This document shows positions 20,933-31,511 of a stretch of DNA of 64,000 nucleotides, one piece after another; position 1 is the first letter of the stretch, and every line of letters starts with the position of its first letter. The notes below the pieces were generated by a model. That model made no database searches and was not told the origin of the DNA. It saw only the letters and a list, made by a program, of their open reading frames with translations. Location: NCBI GenBank assembly GCA_963681965.1, contig OY820579.1, positions 480,001-544,000 on the forward strand. Direction: 5' to 3'. The position numbers and the translations under genes were made by a program. This stretch comes from a bacterium (GTDB lineage: Bacteria > Electryoneota > JAOADG01).

Positions 20933-22375
20933 TTAATCGCCATTCCGGTAGGTCACCACACGGTAGTAGTACTTTCCGGTAACATTATTGTCGGTGTAAG
21001 TAAAATTACTGGGACCCACCATAGCAAGATAGGTTCCTTCCAACGGTGGTGAAAAGTAACCCGAAGTTTCGCTACGGTAAATTTTAAATCCGTCCGCATA
21101 TCCACCATAGGTCCAGCTTAACGTCGCGCTCCCATTCGCATAGGTGATTACCAGCATCGTCGGTGGATCTGGACTAATTACTACGGCAAATTCGTGCAGA
21201 TAATAAAGCGACCACTTCCCCTGATTGTCGCGTACTCGCACATATAGTTGATGATTCCCAGGTGTGGTAGATCGTAAATCGGCAACGAATCCGCTCTCGA
21301 TCGAACTCCCCGGAGTGATCACGATACCGTGTCCACTACCAATTCCGGGATCGGTATCGATAAAATATTCCGCTGCCAAAATTTGTCCGGAAGTGGAGGG
21401 TGCCGGTTCCACGAGAAACGGTTTAACAATCGGCAAACTCCACTTACCCGAGTTATCGCGACTTCGGATATATAGTGCATGAAAGCCCAGCGATAAACCG
21501 GATAAATCGGCGGTAAAATTCGCATTAATGGTACTTCCCATGGTAATCGCAATGGGACGACCATTACCTAAACCGGGATCGGAATCGATAAAATATTCCA
21601 CCGCCGAGAGCAATGGATTGACAGGTATCGGTTCAACCAGAAAGGGTTTGACGAGAGTAAGACTCCATTTACCGTTATTATCGCGCGTCCTAACCGAGAG
21701 TGCGTGATATCCAACTGGAACAGTCGACAGATCGACAGTAAAATTGGTCGAAATCTCGCTCTCTGGCGTAAATGAAATCGCGTGTCCATTCCCATATCCG
21801 GGATCGCTATCGACAAAATATTCTGCTGCAGCAACAGTACCGTTCAACCGCAACGGTTCGACTAGAAACGGTTTTACAATTACCAAACTCCAGCGACCTC
21901 GATTGTCTTTCACACGGATCGATAATGAATGATAACCGATCGCAATTCCGCTTAAATCGGCAATGAAATTAGCAGAAATCGTACTATCGGTCGATACCGA
22001 AATCACTCGACCCAGCCCGTAACCGGGATCGGAATCGATGAAATACTCGGCAGCAGCAATTCGTACGGTATTTCCCGGAATTGGTTCGACTAGAAACGGC
22101 TTCATACTTGTGAGACTCCAGCGATTGGAATCGTCTTGGACACGAACATATAATGTATGATATCCGACGGATAAGCCATTCAGATTGGCAACGAAACTTA
22201 CATTGATTGACGTATCGCTAACGATTCCAACCGAATTTCCACTACCATATCCCGGATCGGTATCGATATAATATTCGACTCGCGTAACGCGAAAGGCGTT
22301 CACTGTTGACGGTATCATTACGCATGCGAGTATCAGTACAATTAGCACACAGATTGATTTCCGGAAGCTGAACAT
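20933..22375 (-). CDS. Secreted protein with five ~75-aa Ig-like repeats (EYFIDxDPGxGxG) and FN3-like tail
   Basis: Signal peptide; five tandem AEYFIDSDPG...GYHxLxxRxxD..GxWS units. Confidence 0.8.
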   Translation of the reverse strand: MFSFRKSICVLIVLILACVMIPSTVNAFRVTRVEYYIDTDPGYGSGNSVGIVSDTSINVSFVANLNGLSVGYHTLYVRVQDDSNRWSLTSMKPFLVEPIPGNTVRIAAAEYFIDSDPGYGLGRVISVSTDSTISANFIADLSGIAIGYHSLSIRVKDNRGRWSLVIVKPFLVEPLRLNGTVAAAEYFVDSDPGYGNGHAISFTPESEISTNFTVDLSTVPVGYHALSVRTRDNNGKWSLTLVKPFLVEPIPVNPLLSAVEYFIDSDPGLGNGRPIAITMGSTINANFTADLSGLSLGFHALYIRSRDNSGKWSLPIVKPFLVEPAPSTSGQILAAEYFIDTDPGIGSGHGIVITPGSSIESGFVADLRSTTPGNHQLYVRVRDNQGKWSLYYLHEFAVVISPDPPTMLVITYANGSATLSWTYGGYADGFKIYRSETSGYFSPPLEGTYLAMVGPSNFTYTDNNVTGKYYYRVVTYRNGD

Positions 22376-22386
22376 CTGTCACCTCC

Positions 22387-23394
22387 TTATGGACGAACTC
22401 GCGCACGGATATTTACCGGTAAGCCGCTGGTTGTGCCGCCTTGAGCCGGTCCGCTAAAGCTGGTGATCGTTGGGATCGGCGGCAATCCAGCAATGATATA
22501 CTGATTGGGTCCCCCGAAGATTCCACAGTCGGTTCCACCCCAACCGGCACCGATTGCTGGCGATCCGATGCGAAGTCGCAACTTATTCTCGGTAGTACCG
22601 GTGTCATTAAAAACCGTACTCATATTTACCAGTTGCAGGTTTCCGTTTCCAGTGGGACACTGAGTGCTATCGCACACATTGTTGAAAAACGTATTCGAGT
22701 TACCAGACCATCTTCCCAAACGAATGACGTTATTCATAAAATTGCCGTTGTATACAACAGCGTTGCCGGTGATAATGTTGTTGTATGCTTCTAGCGGTCC
22801 GGCACTCGTTTGCATATTGATGGCAACCGGTATGACATCGCGATTTTCTATATTGTTATTGAGTAGCAATACGTTACCGCGGGTGATCTGTAACAGCACA
22901 TACGAACTGGAGTATGGATAGCTCCGGTACAGGTAACACTGTTTGATTGTCACTTGATTGCAATTTATCGAGATTGTGTTGTAGTCCCAAGAAGAGATGT
23001 AGCATCGACTAATTTCGACACTATCGACGGAAATATCCAAAAGTGTATAGACGTAGATACCGCAAACAGTCGATTTCGTCGAGCTGTTCCGGAAGTACAA
23101 AGTACTGACGTATGCTCCTAGTGGTCGTGCCTGACTATCGGGGTTTTCGGTGAGTAAAAAACCCGGTCCGAAGATGTGAATCGGAATATCGACCGACCCA
23201 CCTCCGTAATTATTCTGGCTACCCACCATATAGATCGTATCGTGTGCCGATGAAGCGTTGAGCGCAAGTTGCAAAGTGCGGTATGAATTGCCATTGGCAG
23301 GATTATTGTCGACGACTCGGATGGTGCTGAATGCCACCGTTGAACAAGCCATCACAAACAACGTTGAGAATAAAATTCGCAAAGAATACTGCAT
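22387..23394 (-). CDS. Secreted right-handed beta-helix protein
   Basis: Signal peptide; TLQLALNA..HDTIY; Asn-rich strands; SPAIGAG...DCGIFGG. Confidence 0.7.
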   Translation of the reverse strand: MQYSLRILFSTLFVMACSTVAFSTIRVVDNNPANGNSYRTLQLALNASSAHDTIYMVGSQNNYGGGSVDIPIHIFGPGFLLTENPDSQARPLGAYVSTLYFRNSSTKSTVCGIYVYTLLDISVDSVEISRCYISSWDYNTISINCNQVTIKQCYLYRSYPYSSSYVLLQITRGNVLLLNNNIENRDVIPVAINMQTSAGPLEAYNNIITGNAVVYNGNFMNNVIRLGRWSGNSNTFFNNVCDSTQCPTGNGNLQLVNMSTVFNDTGTTENKLRLRIGSPAIGAGWGGTDCGIFGGPNQYIIAGLPPIPTITSFSGPAQGGTTSGLPVNIRARVRP

Positions 23395-23442
23395 TGAACT
23401 CTCCTTAAAAAAATTCCGATCGTGATTATCCCAAAGACGTTC

Positions 23443-24453
23443 TTAATTTCGTGCTCGTGCTCGGAAATTCACTGGCAATCCGTTGGTAGTGGAACCATTC
23501 ATCGATGCACCTAAGAAAGTGATGGTTGGGATCGCTGGAATTCCTGATAACACATAAGGATTGGCGCCGCCAAAAATCCCACAGTCGGTACCGTCGAAAC
23601 CAACCTGAGATGCAGGTGATCCCGATGCCAATTGCCAACGTCGTTCGGCAGTTCCCGAACCGACAAAAACCACCGACATGTTGACATAGCTTTGATTGTT
23701 GTTGGCTGTACCGAAGTGGTTGGAATATCCCAGATTGTTGAAATAATTGTTGTTATTTTGCGCGATGGAGTTGCTGTACAAGATGTTGTTCGTAAATGTC
23801 GTATTCCACAAATTGATGTTTCCACCGTTGAAAATACAATTCGTAACCGTAAAGGGTCCAGCATCGCCGTTGGAGTGTAGCAAACTTGAGTTGTTACCCG
23901 ATGAGTTTTGAAAGAACGTGTTTCGAATGAAGACGTTATGCGACGAGTTGAAAATGATGTTATTCACAGTCGCCCACCACGATATTTCGAAGAAGCACTG
24001 ATCGATAAACAGAACATTGACATTGTTCGCCGTCAAGTGCTGAACGGCATCGAATGCGATGCGGCAACGACGTATTGCGATACTGTCGGAATTAATCGTA
24101 ATCAATCCGGTAAGCGACAATCCCGAAAAACTTGCATTTTCCGAACCGGTATCGATCGTCAAAGTTCCTATACATGCGGCACTTGATAAAGCTTGCGATT
24201 CGGAATTATCGGATAAATAATAACCCGGTCCGATCCATACGAGCCGCTTATTGGTAACAAGATTACCGTAAGATGCTGACCAACCACAGACATAGATCGT
24301 ATCGCCGACATTCGCTAGATCGTGTGCTGCCTGAACAGTACGAGAGGCATTGACGTCAACGGGATTCCCGTCAACGATCCGGATCGTTGCGATTGCAAGC
24401 AGTGGAATAAACAGACAGAATAAAATCACAAGACTTCGGAAATGAATATCCAT
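23443..24453 (-). CDS. Secreted right-handed beta-helix protein (paralogue of neighbour)
   Basis: TVQAAHD..GDTIY, DCGIFGGANPY..GIPAIPTI shared with 22387..23394; AAAGGAG RBS before 24453. Confidence 0.7.
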   Translation of the reverse strand: MDIHFRSLVILFCLFIPLLAIATIRIVDGNPVDVNASRTVQAAHDLANVGDTIYVCGWSASYGNLVTNKRLVWIGPGYYLSDNSESQALSSAACIGTLTIDTGSENASFSGLSLTGLITINSDSIAIRRCRIAFDAVQHLTANNVNVLFIDQCFFEISWWATVNNIIFNSSHNVFIRNTFFQNSSGNNSSLLHSNGDAGPFTVTNCIFNGGNINLWNTTFTNNILYSNSIAQNNNNYFNNLGYSNHFGTANNNQSYVNMSVVFVGSGTAERRWQLASGSPASQVGFDGTDCGIFGGANPYVLSGIPAIPTITFLGASMNGSTTNGLPVNFRARARN

Positions 24454-24660
24454 AGGATGCTCCTTTCGATATTTGACTAATGGCATATAATTAATCACAT
24501 ACCAGATTTTATTTCATCCCACTCAAGAGGTCAATTGAGATTGTAATCTGAACTAAAATTGACATATCCTACTAAATCGGTAGGATTTTCGTCTGTTCAT
24601 TGTTTTTCTAATTGGTTATTTCTGGAAATCGTGGCTGACGACGATTTTACCGCTAAAACG

Positions 24661-24690
24661 AAAACCAGCTAGCGACTCACTAGCTGGTTT
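24661..24690 (-). terminator. Intrinsic terminator of sugar-modification operon
   Basis: AAACCAGCTAG-CGACTCA-CTAGCTGGTTT; T run on the minus strand. Confidence 0.7.
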
Positions 24691-24711
24691 ATATTTGGAA
24701 TTATTAATGAT

Positions 24712-25713
24712 TTAATTTACTCGATTACGAGGAGGGTGTCCGGTCAGCACGCGTAATGCGCCTTGGGCAGCTTTACGCCGCATCTCTTCGAATGCCTCTT
24801 TACACCAGAATGCACCGTGGGGTGAAATGATCAGCCGATCGGTAATCCAATCTTCACCTTCGATCCATGCTTTAATCAAAGGGTGCTCGCGGTTAGGTGG
24901 TTCGTCAGGCAATACATCAAGACCTGCCCCGCGTAGATGTTTCGTGCGTAGTGCCGATTCAAGCGCATCCAGATCAACAATGCGACCGCGAGCGGTATTG
25001 ATGAAGAGCGAACCGCACTGCATTTTCGCAAAAAAGTCGACGTTCACCATACCGCGCGTTTCATCGGTTAATGGCGTGTGGATTGTCACGATATCTGCGC
25101 GCTGAAGCAATTCATCCAATGTCTCCGCGCGTTCAATCCCAAGCGCCTTATCAACTCCATCCGGTAAATAGGGATCGTAGAATAAAATGTGCAATCCGAA
25201 TCCCTGCGCTCGTCGGGCGACCGCAGTACCGATTCGTCCCAGACCGACAATTCCCAGCGTCGCCCCAGACAGTCGTCGCAAATTCCCCATCTGCTCCCAC
25301 GTCCAGTTGTCATTGCTCTTGCGAACACCGGAATTCCCGGCAGCAAGACCGCGTGAAAGCGCGAGAATAAATGCCATAGCATGATCGGCGACATCGCCGG
25401 TACCGTAATCGGGAACATTACACACCGGTATACCGAGTTGAGCGGCGGCGATTAAATCGATGTTGTCAAATCCAACACCGACTCGAACAATGACCTTGCA
25501 ATTTTTCATCTTGGCAATCGTCGCCGCATCAAGATAGAGATCGTGCCATGGCAAAATGGCATCGGCAACTGCCCATTCTTCATCGGAAATCTCGGAAACA
25601 TGATTGGCTTGCAGTAGTCGAATCTCTGCCAAGTCTCCAAAGACTTGTTGTTCAATATCTGCAGGTGGAGCTAGTCGATCGGGGATAAGTACGACAAATC
25701 GATTTTTGTTCAC
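24712..25713 (-). CDS. D-2-hydroxyacid dehydrogenase (CtBP-like)
   Basis: GVGFDNID, NVPDYG, GIVGLGRIG, INTARG, GLDVLPDEP, SPHGA. Confidence 0.9.
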   Translation of the reverse strand: MNKNRFVVLIPDRLAPPADIEQQVFGDLAEIRLLQANHVSEISDEEWAVADAILPWHDLYLDAATIAKMKNCKVIVRVGVGFDNIDLIAAAQLGIPVCNVPDYGTGDVADHAMAFILALSRGLAAGNSGVRKSNDNWTWEQMGNLRRLSGATLGIVGLGRIGTAVARRAQGFGLHILFYDPYLPDGVDKALGIERAETLDELLQRADIVTIHTPLTDETRGMVNVDFFAKMQCGSLFINTARGRIVDLDALESALRTKHLRGAGLDVLPDEPPNREHPLIKAWIEGEDWITDRLIISPHGAFWCKEAFEEMRRKAAQGALRVLTGHPPRNRVN

Positions 25714-25752
25714 GATAATCCTCGAATTGTTTATTGGTCTGAATGCGTTTGA

Positions 25753-26571
25753 TCAAACACCGCTACACAGATATGCAATCGCGGAACCTTTCCAGCGTGC
25801 AATCTCGCGAAAAGTGAAATTAGGATTCCGTTCACGCCACTCTTTGAACGCTCGAAACTCGCCATGATTCTCGGAACCCCGATAGCGGAACCAATCGTCG
25901 AATACAACATACGTTCCCATTTGCATCAAAGGGGTACAGAAATCGAGTGCCGTCACAGTGGATTCATACAAATCGCAATCGATGTGAATCACCGCTGCTT
26001 TGGTCAAATTCAAAGCTTTTCGGGTTTCTTCATTCAATGTGTCTTGGAAGTATCCCGGAATTGCCATAAAACTATCCGGTGCCATCCCCGATTCCAAACA
26101 ACGTTCGACAAATTTCTCGGCAGAAAACGCCATCGATCCACCCGACCAGTGTACCGGTCGTAAATCATCCCCATCGATTCCTTTTCCTTCAGGTAATCCT
26201 TTCTCGAAGGCATCGAACGCGAAAAACCGCATCGGTGGTGGTAAATATCCGGTCTGCTTCTGTTTCATCCCACTGTGCGAGAGTAACTGCTGAGTATTCT
26301 CGCGATAGGTCTTGGCTGCCATCCGGAAAGTGAAACCACCATAAGCGCCGAATTCGAGATAATCACCGGGTACGTTATTGAAAACGGCATTCATTACCGA
26401 AATAGAAATCGTATGAAGATTCTCAATAATTCGCGTATCGATCCACTCCTCGATATCCTTCCGCAAATCCCGCTTTAATGCATTCAACAAGGTGGTATAC
26501 ATAATCTCATTCGATGCTCCAGCATCCGGATTGGGAGTACTTTGATTGGGATTTGAAGAGGGTAGTGACAT
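25753..26571 (-). CDS. TylF/MycF family O-methyltransferase
   Basis: PGDYLEFG, AFDAFEKGLP, GYFQDTL, HIDCDLYES, VFDDW, GEFRAF. Confidence 0.88.
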   Translation of the reverse strand: MSLPSSNPNQSTPNPDAGASNEIMYTTLLNALKRDLRKDIEEWIDTRIIENLHTISISVMNAVFNNVPGDYLEFGAYGGFTFRMAAKTYRENTQQLLSHSGMKQKQTGYLPPPMRFFAFDAFEKGLPEGKGIDGDDLRPVHWSGGSMAFSAEKFVERCLESGMAPDSFMAIPGYFQDTLNEETRKALNLTKAAVIHIDCDLYESTVTALDFCTPLMQMGTYVVFDDWFRYRGSENHGEFRAFKEWRERNPNFTFREIARWKGSAIAYLCSGV

Positions 26572-26592
26572 GGGTTTTCTCCACAAGAATTT

Positions 26593-27366
26593 TTATGATT
26601 TAGGGTGTACTAATTCGACTACCGATTGAACAGCACTGGCGAGAAGCGCACAATCGGCTTCATACGCTAGAAACTGAACACCCAATTCGATGTAGCGTCT
26701 CAAATCGTCTGGAGTCGATGCCAAACAACCGGCACTCACACCGGCGCTACGGATTCGTCCGATATTTTCCTTGACCAGCGCAACTACTTCCGGACGACGA
26801 ATTTCACCTGGAAAACCTGCCGCTTGACTCAGATCATAGATGCCAAGATAGATGACATCGACCCCCGGAACTGCGGCAATCCGGTCAAGATTCGCCAACC
26901 CCTCCTGACCCTCGACCAGCAGAATAACCATCGTCCGATCGTTTTCTCGCGAAGTTAAGGTAGCCGCATTCTGTGCGGTATATCCGCCACTACGGGTATA
27001 GGGCGATAATCCTCGGTGTCCGAGAGGATGATATTTCACCGCATCGACGGCGGCAATGGCTTGTGCTTCGGTCTGGATCTGAGGAACTACTATCCCGTGA
27101 ACTCCCGTTTCCAGTGCGCGGAGAATCAAACTCTCGTCTAACGTTGGTACACGAACGATCGGTGTTTTCCCTTCACTCTCAACCGCACGAACGGTGCTCT
27201 CGAGTGTTTCGAAGGTCGCCGGACCATGTTCCATATCGGTAATGATGAAGTCGAGCCCGGAGGCTGCCAACACGTTTGCGACACCATCGGAGGGTAGGAC
27301 GTTCCATGTCCCTACGGCAACACCGCCATTTTTTAATAACGGCTTCAAACGATTATCAATTCTCAT
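26593..27366 (-). CDS. HpcH/HpaI class II pyruvate aldolase
   Basis: DFIITDMEHG, PIVRVP, YHPLGHRG, GIYDLS. Confidence 0.9.
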   Translation of the reverse strand: MRIDNRLKPLLKNGGVAVGTWNVLPSDGVANVLAASGLDFIITDMEHGPATFETLESTVRAVESEGKTPIVRVPTLDESLILRALETGVHGIVVPQIQTEAQAIAAVDAVKYHPLGHRGLSPYTRSGGYTAQNAATLTSRENDRTMVILLVEGQEGLANLDRIAAVPGVDVIYLGIYDLSQAAGFPGEIRRPEVVALVKENIGRIRSAGVSAGCLASTPDDLRRYIELGVQFLAYEADCALLASAVQSVVELVHPKS

Positions 27367-27367
27367 A

Positions 27368-28123
27368 TCACACCTTGTCGTAGGGAGTGGTTGTTTCGGT
27401 AAAGCCTTTGTCGCGCAACCAGTGTTCAATCACTGGAATCTGCCATTCATAATCGATATCGAAACCAAAATCGTTTTCCAGCGCGTGGCTGCGATGCCCC
27501 ATCCACCGGAACGGGAGTTGACCGTCGCGCCAATTTCGAAGACAGTGTGGTCGCAATACTTGTACTGCGAGATCGACGAAATAACAATCACCTTCACCAC
27601 CGCGAATCGACGACATCGAGCGGACATCGCCCAATTTTTCCAGATCGACATAGGGTTGAATCAAACCATCGGCATCGACTTTTCGTGCCCGTAATGGCGC
27701 CCACATATTGAATTTGCACACCGTGAATGCCGAGTCTAAATCCGGGTTCGAGCGCAACAACTCGATCGCTTCGTCGATCCGTCCAACCGGAATAGTGGGA
27801 GCATTTGCAAACATCAACACGATAAATTCGATCGATTCACCGATCCGCTTTTCCATTTCGATTAAAGCATGTTCGAGCGCGTCTTCCGTCAATGCTTCCG
27901 GGGTTGCTAAATATGCCGGTCGTTCGATCCATTCGGCGTTATAGCGCTTTCCGACTTCCGCAATATTCGGTGAATCTGTCGAGGTAAAAATTTTATCGAT
28001 GTATCGACTATGTTTTGCGGCAATAAATGTGTATTCCACCATCGGGCGGTTCAATACCGGTCGAACATTTTTTCCCGGACAACCCATGCTTTTATGCTTA
28101 CCGATTACTAATGCGCAAATCAT
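27368..28123 (-). CDS. Acylneuraminate/KDO-type cytidylyltransferase
   Basis: SMGCPGKN (variant of SKGxPxKN), STDS, IERPAYLA, FDIDYEWQ. Confidence 0.85.
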   Translation of the reverse strand: MICALVIGKHKSMGCPGKNVRPVLNRPMVEYTFIAAKHSRYIDKIFTSTDSPNIAEVGKRYNAEWIERPAYLATPEALTEDALEHALIEMEKRIGESIEFIVLMFANAPTIPVGRIDEAIELLRSNPDLDSAFTVCKFNMWAPLRARKVDADGLIQPYVDLEKLGDVRSMSSIRGGEGDCYFVDLAVQVLRPHCLRNWRDGQLPFRWMGHRSHALENDFGFDIDYEWQIPVIEHWLRDKGFTETTTPYDKV

Positions 28124-28875
28124 TCTTGACTCCCGAATTGTGTCGTAATTTCGTTTACGATATCGCGAAGCGAATCAATTCCCGGAAAATCGGTACACCC
28201 GACAATACGATGATACCCCCAACTCGCCCACCGGCAATTCACACCGGTCGGAGCGACTTCGCGCAAATGACCGGGATGATCATCGATAAAATAAACCCGA
28301 TCCGGAGTGGTGTTGTTCAAGCGGATGATTTCGAGGATCGCATCCGATTTCGATAACTCGCAATCACGGGCATAAATCCGATCTTCAATTAATCCCAGCG
28401 ACCACTCCCGGTTGAATCGCCGGATCGATTCGAGATCCTTCTTCGTAACGATATACAAAGATACTTGTTGAGACAGCTCCTGCCATCCCGCTAGCGACTC
28501 GTCATATCGCCGATGCAGTTTTATCCAGCCATCCCAATCGGTATCGCGATACCGGTTGCGTTCAACATAGAATTGCCGTTCGTACGCCGACATAAAATCG
28601 ATGCGACCGTTGCACATTTGTTGAAATGCAACCTCCGACAATTCGGTAATTCCCTGCTGAATCGCATCGATCAGAATTCCGTATTCTCCCGATGGACGCA
28701 CCAGATAGCGCAGTTTGTAAAACGTGTCGACAAAATCCCGCGGCAATTGGTCAGGGGTCGAATTGTTAGCCAACTTGCCATTCATCGATAGATAGGCATT
28801 CCAAGCCGTGACGAGACATTCGTCGATACTGTCGCAGATAACGCCATCGAAATCGAGAGCAATGATTGTTTTCAT
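28120..28875 (-). CDS. HAD-family phosphatase
   Basis: ALDFDGVICDS, IVTKK, K, FIDD, WGY. Confidence 0.85.
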   Translation of the reverse strand: MKTIIALDFDGVICDSIDECLVTAWNAYLSMNGKLANNSTPDQLPRDFVDTFYKLRYLVRPSGEYGILIDAIQQGITELSEVAFQQMCNGRIDFMSAYERQFYVERNRYRDTDWDGWIKLHRRYDESLAGWQELSQQVSLYIVTKKDLESIRRFNREWSLGLIEDRIYARDCELSKSDAILEIIRLNNTTPDRVYFIDDHPGHLREVAPTGVNCRWASWGYHRIVGCTDFPGIDSLRDIVNEITTQFGSQE

Positions 28876-28879
28876 ATTG

Positions 28880-29935
28880 TTAAATGAATTTCGCCATCAG
28901 ATCGACCATATCGACAACACGCTGGCTGTAACCAAGTTCATTGTCGTACCAGACAACCAGCTTGCAGAGACCCTCGGCATTTATTTTCGTCCACCGCGGA
29001 TCGAATACAAACGATTGTTCCATTCCGAGATAATCGATACTAACCAACTGTTCCTCATCATAACCGACAATCCGACGACTGCGATTCGACTCCATTTCAA
29101 ATACTTTATTGATTTCCGCTGCAGTTGGACGTTTGCTTAGTGCGATCGTGATATCGGATGTCGCAACGATCCCCGTAGGAATGCGAAATGAAATCGCGTC
29201 GACGCGCGCTGCGACTTCGGGTAAAACCACTTTTACCGCATCCAGTGCAGTGGTCTCTTTCGGAATTAAACTCATCGTCGTGGCACGACCGAGTGAAAAA
29301 TCCTTCCAGTAATGCCCCGGGCTGGAAACCGTTCGAACACTGCCGTCGCTAAGGTTCTGATACGACAACCACGGATGAAGAGTGGTCACAAAACCGTGCT
29401 CGACACCGAAATGACGTTGTAAAATATGCAGGGTCGGTGCGATGGCATTGGCATCGCAGATACTGGTCGATACAATGTCGTGCTTCGCGGGATCGTACGA
29501 ATCTTCATTCACTCCGAAGATAATCGTGTGATCCAATCCTTTGCGCGGGGCATGTGTGATGACTGTTTTTCGAACGGTACCGCGTCCAATCAGCGCTCTA
29601 GCATTCAATACATTCTGCTGCACGCCGGAAGCGTCGATTACGACATTGACACCCTGCTCTTCCCACGGCACATCGGCAATATTGTCTTTGCAATAAAACG
29701 CAATCTGGTCGCCATCGACAATCATTTTACCGAGTGCGTTTTCCGAAGCATCCTCGGCATGTATTTTTCCGGGGAATTTGCCATAATAACTGTCGTACTT
29801 CAGCAAGTATGCGTGATTCTTGACATTCGGATCCAAATCATTGATTGCGACGATCTGGAATCGGGGATTATTGGCATTTATCCGAAATACCGCTCGTCCG
29901 ATTCGCCCAAAACCGTTAATTCCGACTCGAATCAT
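28880..29935 (-). CDS. Divergent type I GAPDH/E4PDH-like dehydrogenase
   Basis: GINGFGRIGR, AYLLKYDS, catalytic SICDAN, WYDNE. Confidence 0.85.
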   Translation of the reverse strand: MIRVGINGFGRIGRAVFRINANNPRFQIVAINDLDPNVKNHAYLLKYDSYYGKFPGKIHAEDASENALGKMIVDGDQIAFYCKDNIADVPWEEQGVNVVIDASGVQQNVLNARALIGRGTVRKTVITHAPRKGLDHTIIFGVNEDSYDPAKHDIVSTSICDANAIAPTLHILQRHFGVEHGFVTTLHPWLSYQNLSDGSVRTVSSPGHYWKDFSLGRATTMSLIPKETTALDAVKVVLPEVAARVDAISFRIPTGIVATSDITIALSKRPTAAEINKVFEMESNRSRRIVGYDEEQLVSIDYLGMEQSFVFDPRWTKINAEGLCKLVVWYDNELGYSQRVVDMVDLMAKFI

Positions 29936-29961
29936 TTGGATCTCCTCCGTTCGTACTGTGA

Positions 29962-31332
29962 CTATTTAGTGGGCAATGCTTTCGAAATAATCTTATCACT
30001 AAGTATTCTCGCTGTTCGTTCCGCCGAGCCCTCGGGAATACCGGTAACGAGGCGATAGTTTGCCATCACCGCTTCAGGAATTTGATGTGTTGTTCGATTC
30101 CATCCCGAAACAATTTTAGAGAGTGTTTCGATATCACCGGCATTTGCGACTAACCCTAACGCTTCGTAAATCGAACCACGGCGTCCATCGGCAAGCTGCC
30201 TGAATTCGAGGACCTGACCATCCTGTGGATAACGATAGTATTCCACCACCGGTACACCGACCGCCAATGCATCCATCACCCCCGACGAAAACATGCTGAT
30301 CACACCATCGGTCAGCGACGCTAGTTGCGTCAGCGAAAGGTGACTCATCATCCATTTATTTTTGGGAACCGCGTCGAACCAGTGCTCTAATTCAGCTTGA
30401 TCTTGTCGTGGGTGCGGTTTGATAATCGTAACGGTATCCGGAAGAGTCGCAATCAAATCGGCAAGTTGTCGCATCACGAATTGATAATCTTCGGTTTTGT
30501 GATACAACCGATGCGGTCCCCGGGTAATCAATAGAATTCGACGCGATGCCGAATTAGAAAAAATCATTTCCCGGCTATTCGTGAGCGCGGGATCGTGTAA
30601 CGATTCGTCAATCCACCAAGGATCGTACCGGGTACATCCGGCATGAACAATCCGATCCGGTGTTGAAAACTGCAGCGCCATCGGTTCCAATTCAGGAGAG
30701 GTGGTAAGCCATAGTTGGTGCGCTTTCCGTAACGATTGGTAGCCAATCTGGGTATCAGTCGAACTGTTGGCATAGTAGCGCGCAATCTCAGCGAGATCGT
30801 CGGTTCGACGGGTAATGATCGCAGTACCACTGGGGAATACAACTTCAATATTCGAATGGATTTGATTACGGAGTTCCCGATGTAACGCGACATCGGGATC
30901 ATCGGATCGAAGAAATAGCACGATATTGTTCGTATCGATCCGCGCTAGTGGATTGGTTTCCGAACAGGGAAGGACGTGCGCCACCGACTGTAATCGTGCG
31001 AAATGAAAGGACGCTTCGACTAATTTTTGTTGAATAATCGGGTGAATCAGCGCAACAATTGCAAATTCTGGATGTATTTCTTTGAGTTTGCACAGTACTG
31101 GCAATAACCAATCAACTTCACCAATCGAGGCATAAAACAATACCAAAATGATTGGCTGATTTTGGAAAGCGAATGGTCGAGGCAAATTTCTTGAAAGTAT
31201 ATCCGCTTCATTTGTCAAACCAGCCTGTCGCAACATCTTTTCGATCGCAACGACAGTTTCGATGGCAAGTGGTTTTTCCGCCAGTAATTGTTCCAAAATC
31301 GTAAAAAATCGAGGGAGATCCCCTCGATCCAA
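29962..31332 (-). CDS. Putative GT-B-fold glycosyltransferase
   Basis: YASIGEV, GCTRYD, IIKPHPRQ, SSGVMDALAVGVPVV. Start uncertain (frame is open further upstream). Confidence 0.6.
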   Translation of the reverse strand: MDRGDLPRFFTILEQLLAEKPLAIETVVAIEKMLRQAGLTNEADILSRNLPRPFAFQNQPIILVLFYASIGEVDWLLPVLCKLKEIHPEFAIVALIHPIIQQKLVEASFHFARLQSVAHVLPCSETNPLARIDTNNIVLFLRSDDPDVALHRELRNQIHSNIEVVFPSGTAIITRRTDDLAEIARYYANSSTDTQIGYQSLRKAHQLWLTTSPELEPMALQFSTPDRIVHAGCTRYDPWWIDESLHDPALTNSREMIFSNSASRRILLITRGPHRLYHKTEDYQFVMRQLADLIATLPDTVTIIKPHPRQDQAELEHWFDAVPKNKWMMSHLSLTQLASLTDGVISMFSSGVMDALAVGVPVVEYYRYPQDGQVLEFRQLADGRRGSIYEALGLVANAGDIETLSKIVSGWNRTTHQIPEAVMANYRLVTGIPEGSAERTARILSDKIISKALPTK

Positions 31333-31511
31333 GGCAATTTGCGCTTCGATTGCTGATAATTTTGCAGATTTGTCAGTTACAAGCGTCGTTGCTTGATCTC
31401 CAATATTTCTTGTTGACTTTCTAATTAGCGTAAAATCAAGTTGCTCTGAATTGATTCACGCCAAATCGTCGATTTGGTTTACTAATATAGGAAGAGAAAA
31501 TTGAAATAATC

